Positions 1 to 8,491 of a stretch of DNA of 64,000 bases are shown here, piece after piece. Made by a program: the position numbers and the translations under genes. This stretch comes from an uncultured bacterium. Lineage in GTDB: Bacteria > Babelota > Babeliae > Babelales > Babelaceae. Location of the stretch: the NCBI GenBank assembly GCA_963819815.1, contig CAWFXL010000001.1:736001-800000 (forward strand), written 5' to 3'. Position 1 is the stretch's first letter; every line of letters begins with the position of its first letter. The notes below the pieces were generated by a model, which saw nothing but the letters and a program-made list of their open reading frames with translations, had not been told where the DNA came from and searched no databases.

Positions 1-2
1 AT

Positions 3-539
3 GCTGCAGAGAACCTTGGAGAAGAGGAATGCAAATTATTGTTGAGTCAAGGAGCTCAAGAAAAGCATTTCAATAGATTTGGTTACCCCCCTGTCAACGC
101 TGACAATTTTTTCCTAGCAGCGTTACATAATAAAGAGGCTTGCTTAAGAGTATTACTCGATGCGGGAGTACCTGTAAATGCTACCCTACATGATGGAGCA
201 ACCGCTCTTCATTATGCAGCTTCTAAAGGCCATCTATCTTGTCTTTCCTCCTTGCTAAATGCCGGAGCACATACTGAGCTACGTGATACAAGGGGCTTTA
301 CCCCATTGTATTCCGCTGCAGCCGATGGTCATAAGCAGGCTGTTGATGCTCTGGTTAAATTCGGTGCCAATCGAATTCTCGATTTTTCCTGTGTTGAACA
401 TGGATATTCTCGTCAACTAGGCGAATGTATTAAAAAGTGGTTTCAGCAAGAGACGCACAATTATGAGGAGCTTGCCCAGGAGATCGATAGATTAAAAGAA
501 AAATTCGGTCCTGTGGCAAGTCAAAAGAGGTTCTTATGA
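3..539 (+). CDS. Ankyrin-repeat protein, 5'-truncated by the window edge
   Basis: Ankyrin motifs GATALHYAA and GFTPLYSAA. The frame is open from position 3 (AAENLGEEECKLLLSQG), so the true start is upstream of the window. Paralogous to the next gene. Confidence 0.9.
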   Translation, partial: AAENLGEEECKLLLSQGAQEKHFNRFGYPPVNADNFFLAALHNKEACLRVLLDAGVPVNATLHDGATALHYAASKGHLSCLSSLLNAGAHTELRDTRGFTPLYSAAADGHKQAVDALVKFGANRILDFSCVEHGYSRQLGECIKKWFQQETHNYEELAQEIDRLKEKFGPVASQKRFL

Positions 540-1774
540 AAAATCTCTTTATTCTATACATCCTCTTGGTAGGATGTGAAATACCCTGCAATGCGGCAGA
601 GTCATCTAGCCTAGTGCGGGTTGAATCAAGTGCCCCAAATACTACTTATGAAGATAAGCTGGACTCATTCTTCAACGTGTTACAATGGCGCCAGGACAAG
701 TCTGAAGATGAGGCTATCGACGAGACTTGTGAATTACTTGGTCTTGGAATGAGTGTCAATGCAAGAGGATTACTACAAAGGACTCTTCTCATGGGCGCTG
801 TTGTGCGAAATTTTAGAAATTTAGTGGAACTGCTGCTCGCTGAGGGTGCCGATCTAAGCCTTCGGGATGTGGATGGGATGTCCGCACTTATGCTTGGCGC
901 CTATCATGGTCATGCAGAACTATGTAAGCTTCTCATTGATCATATGGAACGCAAAAATAAGGAGAAGCGCCAGTATGGTGCCATTGCACGGAAATTCCAG
1001 GAGCGAATCGGTATGTGTGATATCAAAGGAGCATTACACGTGCTAACAGGTTATGATCAGGACACTATAGATACTCGAGATACGTATGAAATGACGGCAC
1101 TTATGTATGCAGCACGTAGTTTAGACAGAGCTACGATTGCTGTACTGGTACAGCACGGAGCTCAAGTTAATGCACAAAACAGGTCGGGCCACACTCCTCT
1201 TATGCAGGCTTGTGGAGTTAACATACCCACTGTAGAACGCTCCTGGCCTTCTATACATAGATCGCAACTCACTTTGAGCGAAGCAAGTGCTGCAGGTGTA
1301 GAAGCCTGCACAGAATTGCTTAAAAGCGGTGCACATATAACAATTCTTGATAATGCTGGCCACTCAGCACTGATTCATGCTGCAGCTCACTTGCGGGAAG
1401 ATGTCTGCACATTGTTATTAGCTCATGGAGCTGAAATTATAGTCTTAAGGCCGGATATAAGATCACACTACACTAACGATTTTATGCTAGCTGCTCTTTA
1501 TGGTAGAGAAAATTGCATGACCGTATTGCTCAAGGCAGGTATGCCCATAAATGCGCAAAACTCTGGTACAACAGCTCTTCACAATGCAGCCTCTGGAGGC
1601 AATCTAGGGTGCATCTCTAAGTTACTCGATGCTGGAGCAGATACAGAACTGAGAGACAATGAGGATTATACTCCCCTGCAAATAGCAGCTCAAAAGGGAC
1701 AAAAAAATGCTGCTGCTGTTTTACGAGAGCATGACAAAGCAAGAGCTCGGCGTTGCCAAAATAATAAAATATAA
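536..1774 (+). CDS. Ankyrin-repeat protein with N-terminal signal peptide
   Basis: Multiple ankyrin motifs (GMSALMLGA, MTALMYAA, GHTPLMQA, GTTALHNAA, YTPLQIAA), hydrophobic N-terminus, AGAGG RBS. Confidence 0.92.
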   Translation: MKNLFILYILLVGCEIPCNAAESSSLVRVESSAPNTTYEDKLDSFFNVLQWRQDKSEDEAIDETCELLGLGMSVNARGLLQRTLLMGAVVRNFRNLVELLLAEGADLSLRDVDGMSALMLGAYHGHAELCKLLIDHMERKNKEKRQYGAIARKFQERIGMCDIKGALHVLTGYDQDTIDTRDTYEMTALMYAARSLDRATIAVLVQHGAQVNAQNRSGHTPLMQACGVNIPTVERSWPSIHRSQLTLSEASAAGVEACTELLKSGAHITILDNAGHSALIHAAAHLREDVCTLLLAHGAEIIVLRPDIRSHYTNDFMLAALYGRENCMTVLLKAGMPINAQNSGTTALHNAASGGNLGCISKLLDAGADTELRDNEDYTPLQIAAQKGQKNAAAVLREHDKARARRCQNNKI

Positions 1775-1802
1775 GCTTTCTGAAGCGCTTCTTAGCATGG
1801 AG

Positions 1803-2528
1803 TTACCAAGAGTGCAACTCACCTTTAACAAATCCCGCTAAATACTTTAGCTTTTCAGAATTTGCCTGTACCTCTTTGGTTGAAGCAACTTCTATGATTT
1901 TGCCATCCTTCATAAGATAGATGGTACCCTCGACTGTATCATTAAGTACCAGATCCATATCATGAGTGGCCACCATCACAATGTGGCCCTCATCAGCTAA
2001 CTGTTGAATTTGTTGGGCAACATGACTTGTTAAATAGGGGTCCAAGGCAGACGTCGGTTCATCAAGGCATATAACATAGGGATTAGTAGCTAACGCACGA
2101 GCAATGGCTAGTCGCTGTTTTTGCCCTCCTGATAAACTACTAATTGCTGCTGATCCCTTATGCTCAAGCTTATATTTCTTGAGAAGCTCTTGCGCTATTC
2201 GATCAGCTTCATGTGCACTTTTATGATACACATGCTCGAGCGCTAAGGTGATATTCTGCTTCACGGTAAGATGGGGAAAGAGATTAAAGTGCTGGAAAAC
2301 CAAGCTTATTACTTTATGCACATTCGCTTTATCTAACGTCTTATTATCAAGAGTAATCGTTCCTGCAGAACAGTGCTCAAGCTCATTTAAAATACGCAAT
2401 AATGTCGACTTTCCTGCACCAGACTCTCCTAATAAAAAGGCGACATGTCCTGCAGGAATCTCCAAAGAAATATCGGTGAGTATCGGCTTGTTATTGATTG
2501 CTTTAGAGACATTATTAATTTTTAACAT
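1803..2528 (-). CDS. Polar amino-acid (probably arginine) ABC transporter ATP-binding subunit
   Basis: Walker A GESGAGKS, FQHFNLFPHL, LSGGQKQR, DEPTSALDP. Confidence 0.93.
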   Translation of the reverse strand: MLKINNVSKAINNKPILTDISLEIPAGHVAFLLGESGAGKSTLLRILNELEHCSAGTITLDNKTLDKANVHKVISLVFQHFNLFPHLTVKQNITLALEHVYHKSAHEADRIAQELLKKYKLEHKGSAAISSLSGGQKQRLAIARALATNPYVICLDEPTSALDPYLTSHVAQQIQQLADEGHIVMVATHDMDLVLNDTVEGTIYLMKDGKIIEVASTKEVQANSEKLKYLAGFVKGELHSW

Positions 2529-3177
2529 ACCAACTCATCTTTCGTTCGATGTATTTAAAGAGCAACTCTGAGACGGACGTGAGCAGGAGATAAAAAAGCG
2601 CCACAAGACAGAAAATAGTTATCACGTCATATGTTTGGTTCATAATAGCTCGCGCTTCTTTATACAGCTCCATAACACCAATCACCGAAGCAAGACTAGA
2701 ATCTTTCAGCAGCGTGATGTACTCCCCTACCAATGCAGGAAACATGATTCGTATTGCCTGTGGAATGACTATATAACGCCCTATCTGCCATGAACTAAAG
2801 CCGAGCACTCGCGCCGCTTCAATTTGTTCATTACCAACGCCAATAATGCCTGATTTTATAATCTGACTCATAAAGGCACTCGCATTAATAGCGATGGCAC
2901 AGATAGCGGCCCAAAATGGAGAAAGCTCTAGGCCGAGCAAAGGTAAAACATAGTAAAAAAACGTTATTTGAATAAGCATAGGGGTACCACGAATCAACGT
3001 AACATAGAGAGTAATAGGAATCCGCACCAAAGCATTCTGGAGCGTATGCAAATATCCTAAGAGCACTCCTAAAGCAAAACCAAGAGCATACGATATGAGG
3101 GTAATTTGCATCGTTATCCAAGCCCCTTGCACTAAGCTAGGAACTGAGGTTAAAGCAAGCGTTATATCAAAAGCCAT
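2515..3177 (-). CDS. Polar amino-acid ABC transporter permease
   Basis: RGTPMLIQ, EAARVLG (EAA motif), LLKDSSLASVIG. Confidence 0.93.
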   Translation of the reverse strand: MAFDITLALTSVPSLVQGAWITMQITLISYALGFALGVLLGYLHTLQNALVRIPITLYVTLIRGTPMLIQITFFYYVLPLLGLELSPFWAAICAIAINASAFMSQIIKSGIIGVGNEQIEAARVLGFSSWQIGRYIVIPQAIRIMFPALVGEYITLLKDSSLASVIGVMELYKEARAIMNQTYDVITIFCLVALFYLLLTSVSELLFKYIERKMSWYVKN

Positions 3178-3178
3178 G

Positions 3179-3298
3179 TCATTCCTTTAACAGTTGCTTA
3201 ATTGCGTGTTGATAGATAGACCGCTCATGCACTACCCAACTGAGAATCACTGAAGTATCTAAACCGCCACTATAGGCTAAAATAACTTTCTTTTTCAT
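3179..3298 (-). pseudogene. argG: argG (argininosuccinate synthase) N-terminal remnant fused to an unrelated C-terminal tail, 39 codons
   Basis: Hand translation MKKKVILAYSGGLDTSVILSWVVHERSIYQHAIKQLLKE*. The first 21 aa match the ArgG N-terminal LAYSGGLDTS signature. GAGG RBS. Lies inside the argR operon. Confidence 0.88.
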
Positions 3299-3310
3299 TG
3301 AATTCCTCTG

Positions 3311-4072
3311 TTAAAAATTGAGATGCCACTTCTTTTTAAGGTTATCTAAGATCCCATCTCGTTCTAAAGCAGTAAGAGCTTGTTGAATCTGTTCAAACAC
3401 TTCTGGATATACTTTTGGTACGGCTAGTGCATAGCTATCCGATACAGAAAGCGTAAGGATGCTAAACTTTTCAATCCCATAGAGATCAAAAAAAGGTTGT
3501 ACCGCTGAGCGCGAAGACACATAGGCATAGGCACGACCATTGAGTACCGCAAGAAATGCTTCTGCAGGAGTTGCTAAACTTCTTAGATCAATTCCCTGCT
3601 GCTTTTTCATATAGCTCTCTGAAGAATAACCATCATTAACTATCACCTCTTTGCCCTGAAGATCCTCAATGCTTTTAGGCGACGAGGCGGCTAAGGTAAT
3701 AACCACTAGTGGATCATTGGCCAAATAAAGCTTGGTAAAAAAAACTTTTTTGCTCCGTTCTGGCGTTGGCGTCAAACCTGCAGCAATGACCTCGATCCTA
3801 CCTGATTGTGCTTCAATCAAGAGCGAATCAAAAGCCATATCTTTAAAGATAATTTCTTTGCCAAGATAGGTGCCTATCGCGTTTACGATATCGATTTCAA
3901 AACCAACGATGGCGCCGTTCTCTCGATACTCAAAGGGAGGAAAGGCAGGATTAGTTCCAACCACGAGAACATTTTGATTGGGTGCTTCATCTTTTTTGTA
4001 GCAATAGAGTACCGCGATCAAACCAGTAATACCTAGAAACAAGGCTATGAGTATCTTCTTCATATCATTCAC
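3311..4072 (-). CDS. Amino-acid ABC transporter substrate-binding protein (SBP family 3, ArtJ-like)
   Basis: VGTNPAFPPFEY, GFEIDI, TPERSK; N-terminal hydrophobic anchor. Confidence 0.92.
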   Translation of the reverse strand: MNDMKKILIALFLGITGLIAVLYCYKKDEAPNQNVLVVGTNPAFPPFEYRENGAIVGFEIDIVNAIGTYLGKEIIFKDMAFDSLLIEAQSGRIEVIAAGLTPTPERSKKVFFTKLYLANDPLVVITLAASSPKSIEDLQGKEVIVNDGYSSESYMKKQQGIDLRSLATPAEAFLAVLNGRAYAYVSSRSAVQPFFDLYGIEKFSILTLSVSDSYALAVPKVYPEVFEQIQQALTALERDGILDNLKKKWHLNF

Positions 4073-4539
4073 TCTGTTGTTTGAGATTTCTTAAAATGAA
4101 CACTTTGACAAACAGCTTCAAAAACTTTTTGTATATTTTTTACGGATTTTGGCGTAACCAACACGACATTTTCTCCTGCCAACGTTGCAAGAACTCCTGT
4201 ATCAGTTTGCTGATCAAGAAAGTCACCAACAAATGGGGCCAGTCCACCTAATGTTTTAACAACAATCATCGATTCATTATGCACAATATCAAGCACTCCA
4301 AGACGCATGATTTCTTGCTTAACATTAATCTCCTTAAGCTCATAAATCATGGCATCTTTAAATCTATACTTGGTGACACCAAGTTCTCGCAAGTCACGAG
4401 AAACAACGGATTGATTGGTTACAATGCCATAGTCCTTTTTAAGGAGGTCGACCAACATATCCTGGTTTTCCACTGGATACTTCTTAATGAGGTCTTTAAT
4501 AGCCTCTTTGCGCGCCTGTAAATTCTCCATAGTAGCCAT
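4069..4539 (-). CDS. argR: Arginine repressor
   Basis: QSVVSRDLRELG helix-turn-helix, VVKTLGG and TLAGEN C-terminal motifs; ARG boxes upstream. Confidence 0.92.
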   Translation of the reverse strand: MATMENLQARKEAIKDLIKKYPVENQDMLVDLLKKDYGIVTNQSVVSRDLRELGVTKYRFKDAMIYELKEINVKQEIMRLGVLDIVHNESMIVVKTLGGLAPFVGDFLDQQTDTGVLATLAGENVVLVTPKSVKNIQKVFEAVCQSVHFKKSQTTE

Positions 4540-4557
4540 AGTGCAACTCCTTTATAA

Positions 4558-4575
4558 AGTGAATCTTTATTCAAT
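4558..4575. promoter_or_regulatory. ARG box (ArgR operator)
   Basis: AGTGAATCTTTATTCAAT fits TGAAT-N4-ATTCA and lies just upstream of the argR RBS. Confidence 0.8.
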
Positions 4576-4632
4576 TCAATCTTTTGTCAACTTACCAACA
4601 ACAACCAATCGCAGCTGCCCGCCTTGATCGGA

Positions 4633-4688
4633 TGTGGATTATTATTCTTTATATTGTGAATTATAATTCATTTTGTGGGTGAAGTCAA
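4633..4688 (-). promoter_or_regulatory. Sigma70 promoter of the argR operon overlapped by tandem ARG boxes
   Basis: Minus strand TTGACT (4688-4683), 17 bp, TATAAT (4665-4660). Perfect TGAATTATAATTCA at 4657-4670 covers the -10; a degenerate box TGGAT-TATT-ATTCT lies at 4635-4648. Confidence 0.85.
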
Positions 4689-4942
4689 GGACTAAAAAGA
4701 AGCTGGAAATATATAAATCGTGGAAGGGAGACTAAAGGCGTCCTTAAAGGCACTCTCGTTAGGCGAACAACCAAAAAGGCTCCCTGGTCAACGCATTTCA
4801 CCTAGGCATATAACATTGCACTCAACTGATCGATCAGCGTGGGCCCTACCAAGAAGACTGACAAGGTTCGTGAAAAAGAATGCGAGACGTGAGAAGAAAG
4901 ATAGGAATACGATCAGACCATCTGAACAAAATCTTCATGAAG

Positions 4943-4972
4943 AACGGCTGCTCTTGTAATGAAGCAGCCGTT
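4943..4972. terminator. Hairpin, probable terminator of the APC permease gene
   Basis: AACGGCTGCT...AGCAGCCGTT, a 10-bp inverted repeat 11 nt past the stop codon. Confidence 0.6.
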
Positions 4973-4983
4973 TCTCTTACTTG

Positions 4984-6276
4984 TTAGGCAGGACGCGAGT
5001 CACTTTTTCTCTTATAGAGAAGCCCACCAATCGCAAGACAAGCTAGGTATGGCAGTGCAAAGTGAATTCTGTTAATACCAAGGCAATAGATACAATAGAA
5101 TGCAAGACCAAGAACTAATGCTATAGACACATAGGTCAAAGGTACTTGAGATGCTTTACCTCTTTGGCGCTGAAGAACACTCAATGAAATGAGCGGCAGA
5201 ATAAACGACAAGAAGACGCCCAAGTTACTTAAAATACCTACAACAGGAATAATTGGTATAAAAGTTGCTACGCAGAAAGCGATCAATGCAAGCAGCACGA
5301 TTGCAACCCATGGACGATACCACGAGGTCTCGCGACGCAATGCATGAGAAAACTGAAAAAGATCCTGTTCCGCCATCGCATGAAGAACGGTAGCATTCGC
5401 ATTCAAAAGCCCTGCTGCTGCAGCAAAAAGCATTAATGCAGAAGCTGTTGGAATAACGATTTTCATAAGCGTTTTGAAATAAGGGATCGGCAGTGTTAGG
5501 AAATCTGCAAACGAAGAAGCTTGTTGTGTAGCAAGCTCTATTGGTCCCATAATGTTCAAAACCCCCAAAGTAAAGAGCGTATAGAGAAGCGCTGTAATAA
5601 TAAAACCTGTAAGGATCGCAAGAGGCGCATTACGCTCACTATTTTCAATATGCTGGCTAATTGAGCAGCAGTACTCAAATCCTAGGTAACCGAATATTGC
5701 CATGGGCATGGAAAAAGGAACTGCGAGCAACTCGGCTGAGGTCACCGTAAACGAAGGATCCATAATAAACGGCAACAGTAGTATAACCGATACGATCGGA
5801 ATAATTTTTGAGATCGTTAATGAGTTGAGAATCCTACTATAGAACTTCAAACTTAAGAGATTCAACCCAACTAACGTAAGAATAGTCACCACATTAAAGA
5901 GCAGTGGGTTTGCTGTAAACCAGGTCCAATTGGGGCCTAAGGCACCCAATAAAGTACCCCGCAAAGCCATCGTTTCAACCGCTATCGCAAAGGTATACCC
6001 GACAACATAGAGTAATCCACTCCAGAATCCAGCCGTCGTATTAAGACCAGCTTTTGCGTATCGATAAAAGCCTCCTGCTCCTGGGCTATAACGGCTCATT
6101 TGCACCGTACTTAACACAATAGGTAAAAACAGTAAAGCAACCAGTAACCAGGTAATAAAGCTCGCATTTCCCGCCACCGCAGCCATATATCCAGGTCCAA
6201 TTAAAATCCCTGATCCAACCATAATATTGATATTCATCAATATAGCAGTCGTCAACGAAATTTTGTGTTGCTTCAT
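4984..6276 (-). CDS. APC-family amino-acid permease
   Basis: MVGSGIL, GGFYRY and YLGFEY motifs and many TM segments. ATG 6276 (AAAGG RBS) preferred over the ORF-track start. Confidence 0.88.
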   Translation of the reverse strand: MKQHKISLTTAILMNINIMVGSGILIGPGYMAAVAGNASFITWLLVALLFLPIVLSTVQMSRYSPGAGGFYRYAKAGLNTTAGFWSGLLYVVGYTFAIAVETMALRGTLLGALGPNWTWFTANPLLFNVVTILTLVGLNLLSLKFYSRILNSLTISKIIPIVSVILLLPFIMDPSFTVTSAELLAVPFSMPMAIFGYLGFEYCCSISQHIENSERNAPLAILTGFIITALLYTLFTLGVLNIMGPIELATQQASSFADFLTLPIPYFKTLMKIVIPTASALMLFAAAAGLLNANATVLHAMAEQDLFQFSHALRRETSWYRPWVAIVLLALIAFCVATFIPIIPVVGILSNLGVFLSFILPLISLSVLQRQRGKASQVPLTYVSIALVLGLAFYCIYCLGINRIHFALPYLACLAIGGLLYKRKSDSRPA

Positions 6277-6607
6277 GAGGAAACCTTTCTGGTAAGCTCT
6301 ACATAGGCGCATTCGGATATCACAAAAAGATGAACAGGCCTTCAGAGCGTTTATGAGGGATCTTTTACTTTTCCTAGTACGGGAGCACTTTAATAGCAAA
6401 AGACATTGTTACAGCATATCAGGTTAAAAAAATACGTAAAGCCAGTGTTAATTGGGTGGCTGTGTAGGCCACACTTGATAGATTCGTGCTTTTCACTAGC
6501 CACTCGATCATACTTTTGGTACACTACTAAAAAAATGAAGCTTGTATGAGATACCAGGCAAAGGTGCTCCTGTAGACACACCTAACATCTAAAGCAATGG
6601 TTATGCC

Positions 6608-7009
6608 ATGAAATCATTCCGTACAGCTTTTACCAGCCCCATCTTTCTCAAAGTTTCATCCCTTATCTTAGGGTTTCTTCTCTGGTCCTCCGTAAGCGAG
6701 CTCTTTCCTCGCACGCTGTGGGTAGCGGTCCCTATTTCTTTTTACAATAAAGACTTGCGCGCAATTAGCGCACCAGAATCGGTTCATATTGAGTTGAGCG
6801 GCAAACGATCCCATATTAAACGTATTGATACTCATAATCTGGCAGTTCATATCGATGCACAAATATTGCACACGGGAGACAATCACCTAGCGATTACCCA
6901 TGAGCAGCTTCTAATGCCTCCAAGCATAACGGTAGCAACAGTAATCCCACAAAAAGTTGTGGTACAAGTAACTCAGGCACCTCCTGTACGTAAAGGAGAG
7001 GTCTCATGA
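6608..7009 (+). CDS. Single-domain YbbR/CdaR-like membrane protein
   Basis: LKVSSLILGFLLWSSV anchor followed by a YbbR-like beta domain (PESVHIELSG); overlaps the glmM start, as in cdaR-glmM operons. Confidence 0.7.
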   Translation: MKSFRTAFTSPIFLKVSSLILGFLLWSSVSELFPRTLWVAVPISFYNKDLRAISAPESVHIELSGKRSHIKRIDTHNLAVHIDAQILHTGDNHLAITHEQLLMPPSITVATVIPQKVVVQVTQAPPVRKGEVS

Positions 7010-8331
7010 ATCTATTCGGCACCGATGGCATCAGAAACAAAGTAGGCGCCTACCCTTTGACCCAAGAAGCGCTCCCCCTTTTAGGCAAGGCACTAGCACT
7101 CTGGTCCCAAGAAAAATATGGCCAAAATGACTCTCAAGCGTGCTTTCTTATCGCACAGGATACTCGCTATTCAGGACCCTGGATCAAAGCTGGACTTATG
7201 GCAGGCCTTCTTCGCTATCCTCTTACCATTTATGATGTAGGGGTTTTGCCAACACCGGGGGTATTTAATCTCATGCAAGAAGATAGCCGCTTTACCGGAG
7301 GAATTATTATCTCAGCATCTCATAACCTAGCTGAAGATAATGGTATTAAATTAGTGGATGCACGTTCAGGCAAACTATCAGCATATGATGAAAAAAGAAT
7401 TTGCGAGCTCATGAACCAACAAGGTACCGAACAGGACTTTGCCCAGCTGGGGAAAGAAATATCATTTGCGCAAGCAAAAACCCTCTACCGGAAAAATCTC
7501 CTTCGCTTATTCAGTCCCGGCTTTCTTACAGGTAAAACGATTGTTCTTGATTGTGCCAATGGAGCAAGCTCAGTGATAGCACCACAACTTTTTCGTGAGC
7601 TTGGAGCAACAGTTATTGCTATCCATAATGATCCTGATGGGTTCAACATAAATAGAAACTGTGGAGCAACCTCGCCTGAATCACTTCAAAAAGCTGTCGT
7701 TGCTCATGAGGCTTTCATCGGTTTTGCCTTTGATGGTGATGCTGATCGTATCATGGCCGTAAACCGTAATGGAGAAATCAAGGATGGCGATGACCTGCTT
7801 GCTATACTGCAGACACACCGTGACTACAAAGAAGAACGCGCGTTAGTAGGTACCGTTATGGCTAACTATGGGCTCACCGCCCATCTTATGCCTCTCGAGA
7901 AAAAGCTTCTTAGAACCCAGGTAGGAGATAAACATATTCTTGAGATGCTCGATACTGAGAACCTTAATCTCGGTGGAGAGCCCTCAGGCCATATCATCTT
8001 AAAGAATATTATTCGGACAGGCGATGGCATGCTCGTTGCTCTGAAAGTTTTAGAAACGGTTATTCAAACGGGAAATGAAACCCTTGAGAGTTTCACAAAG
8101 TTCCCCCAAATCATTATTAACGTGCCAATCAAGCACAAAATGGATCTCAATGAGCCACCTCTTTCTACATTTATAGCAGCGCAGAAAGAACAGCTCAGTG
8201 CTGGACGGCTACTCGTTCGTTATTCAGGAACTGAGCCCCTGGTTCGGGTACTTGTTGAAGGCAGAGACCTTGAAAAGGTTAAAGATAGTGCGCACATAGT
8301 CGCGAAGTATCTCCAGGAAGTTCTTTCCTAA
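7006..8331 (+). CDS. glmM: Phosphoglucosamine mutase
   Basis: FGTDGIR, ISASHN, FDGDADR, GGEPSGH, RYSGTEP. Confidence 0.93.
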   Translation: MNLFGTDGIRNKVGAYPLTQEALPLLGKALALWSQEKYGQNDSQACFLIAQDTRYSGPWIKAGLMAGLLRYPLTIYDVGVLPTPGVFNLMQEDSRFTGGIIISASHNLAEDNGIKLVDARSGKLSAYDEKRICELMNQQGTEQDFAQLGKEISFAQAKTLYRKNLLRLFSPGFLTGKTIVLDCANGASSVIAPQLFRELGATVIAIHNDPDGFNINRNCGATSPESLQKAVVAHEAFIGFAFDGDADRIMAVNRNGEIKDGDDLLAILQTHRDYKEERALVGTVMANYGLTAHLMPLEKKLLRTQVGDKHILEMLDTENLNLGGEPSGHIILKNIIRTGDGMLVALKVLETVIQTGNETLESFTKFPQIIINVPIKHKMDLNEPPLSTFIAAQKEQLSAGRLLVRYSGTEPLVRVLVEGRDLEKVKDSAHIVAKYLQEVLS

Positions 8332-8352
8332 GGTTGAAGCGGGGACACTTTA

Positions 8353-8439
8353 CAGAAAGAAGACCTTGTTTTTGTTCACTTCTCTCAAAAAGAAGCCCTT
8401 GTTTTTATAGCTTTTTACAAAAAGAAGGCCTTCTTTTAT
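8353..8439. repeat. Three 22-bp pseudo-palindromic boxes upstream of AAA ATPase gene 1
   Basis: CAGAAAGAAGACCTTGTTTTTG (8353), CAAAAAGAAGCCCTTGTTTTTA (8386), CAAAAAGAAGGCCTTCTTTTAT (8418); periods 33 and 32 bp. Confidence 0.85.
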
Positions 8440-8467
8440 TGACTTTAGACCATTCTTAGCCTATAGT
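8439..8467 (+). promoter_or_regulatory. Sigma70 promoter of AAA ATPase gene 1
   Basis: TTGACT, 17 bp, TATAGT. Confidence 0.75.
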
Positions 8468-8491
8468 ACCAGTAATTACAAAGGATATCCT

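Noticed and set aside
4720..4959. 79-aa ORF on the plus strand
   Set aside because: No recognisable motif, GTG start, and it ends inside a hairpin; I cannot support it as a gene.
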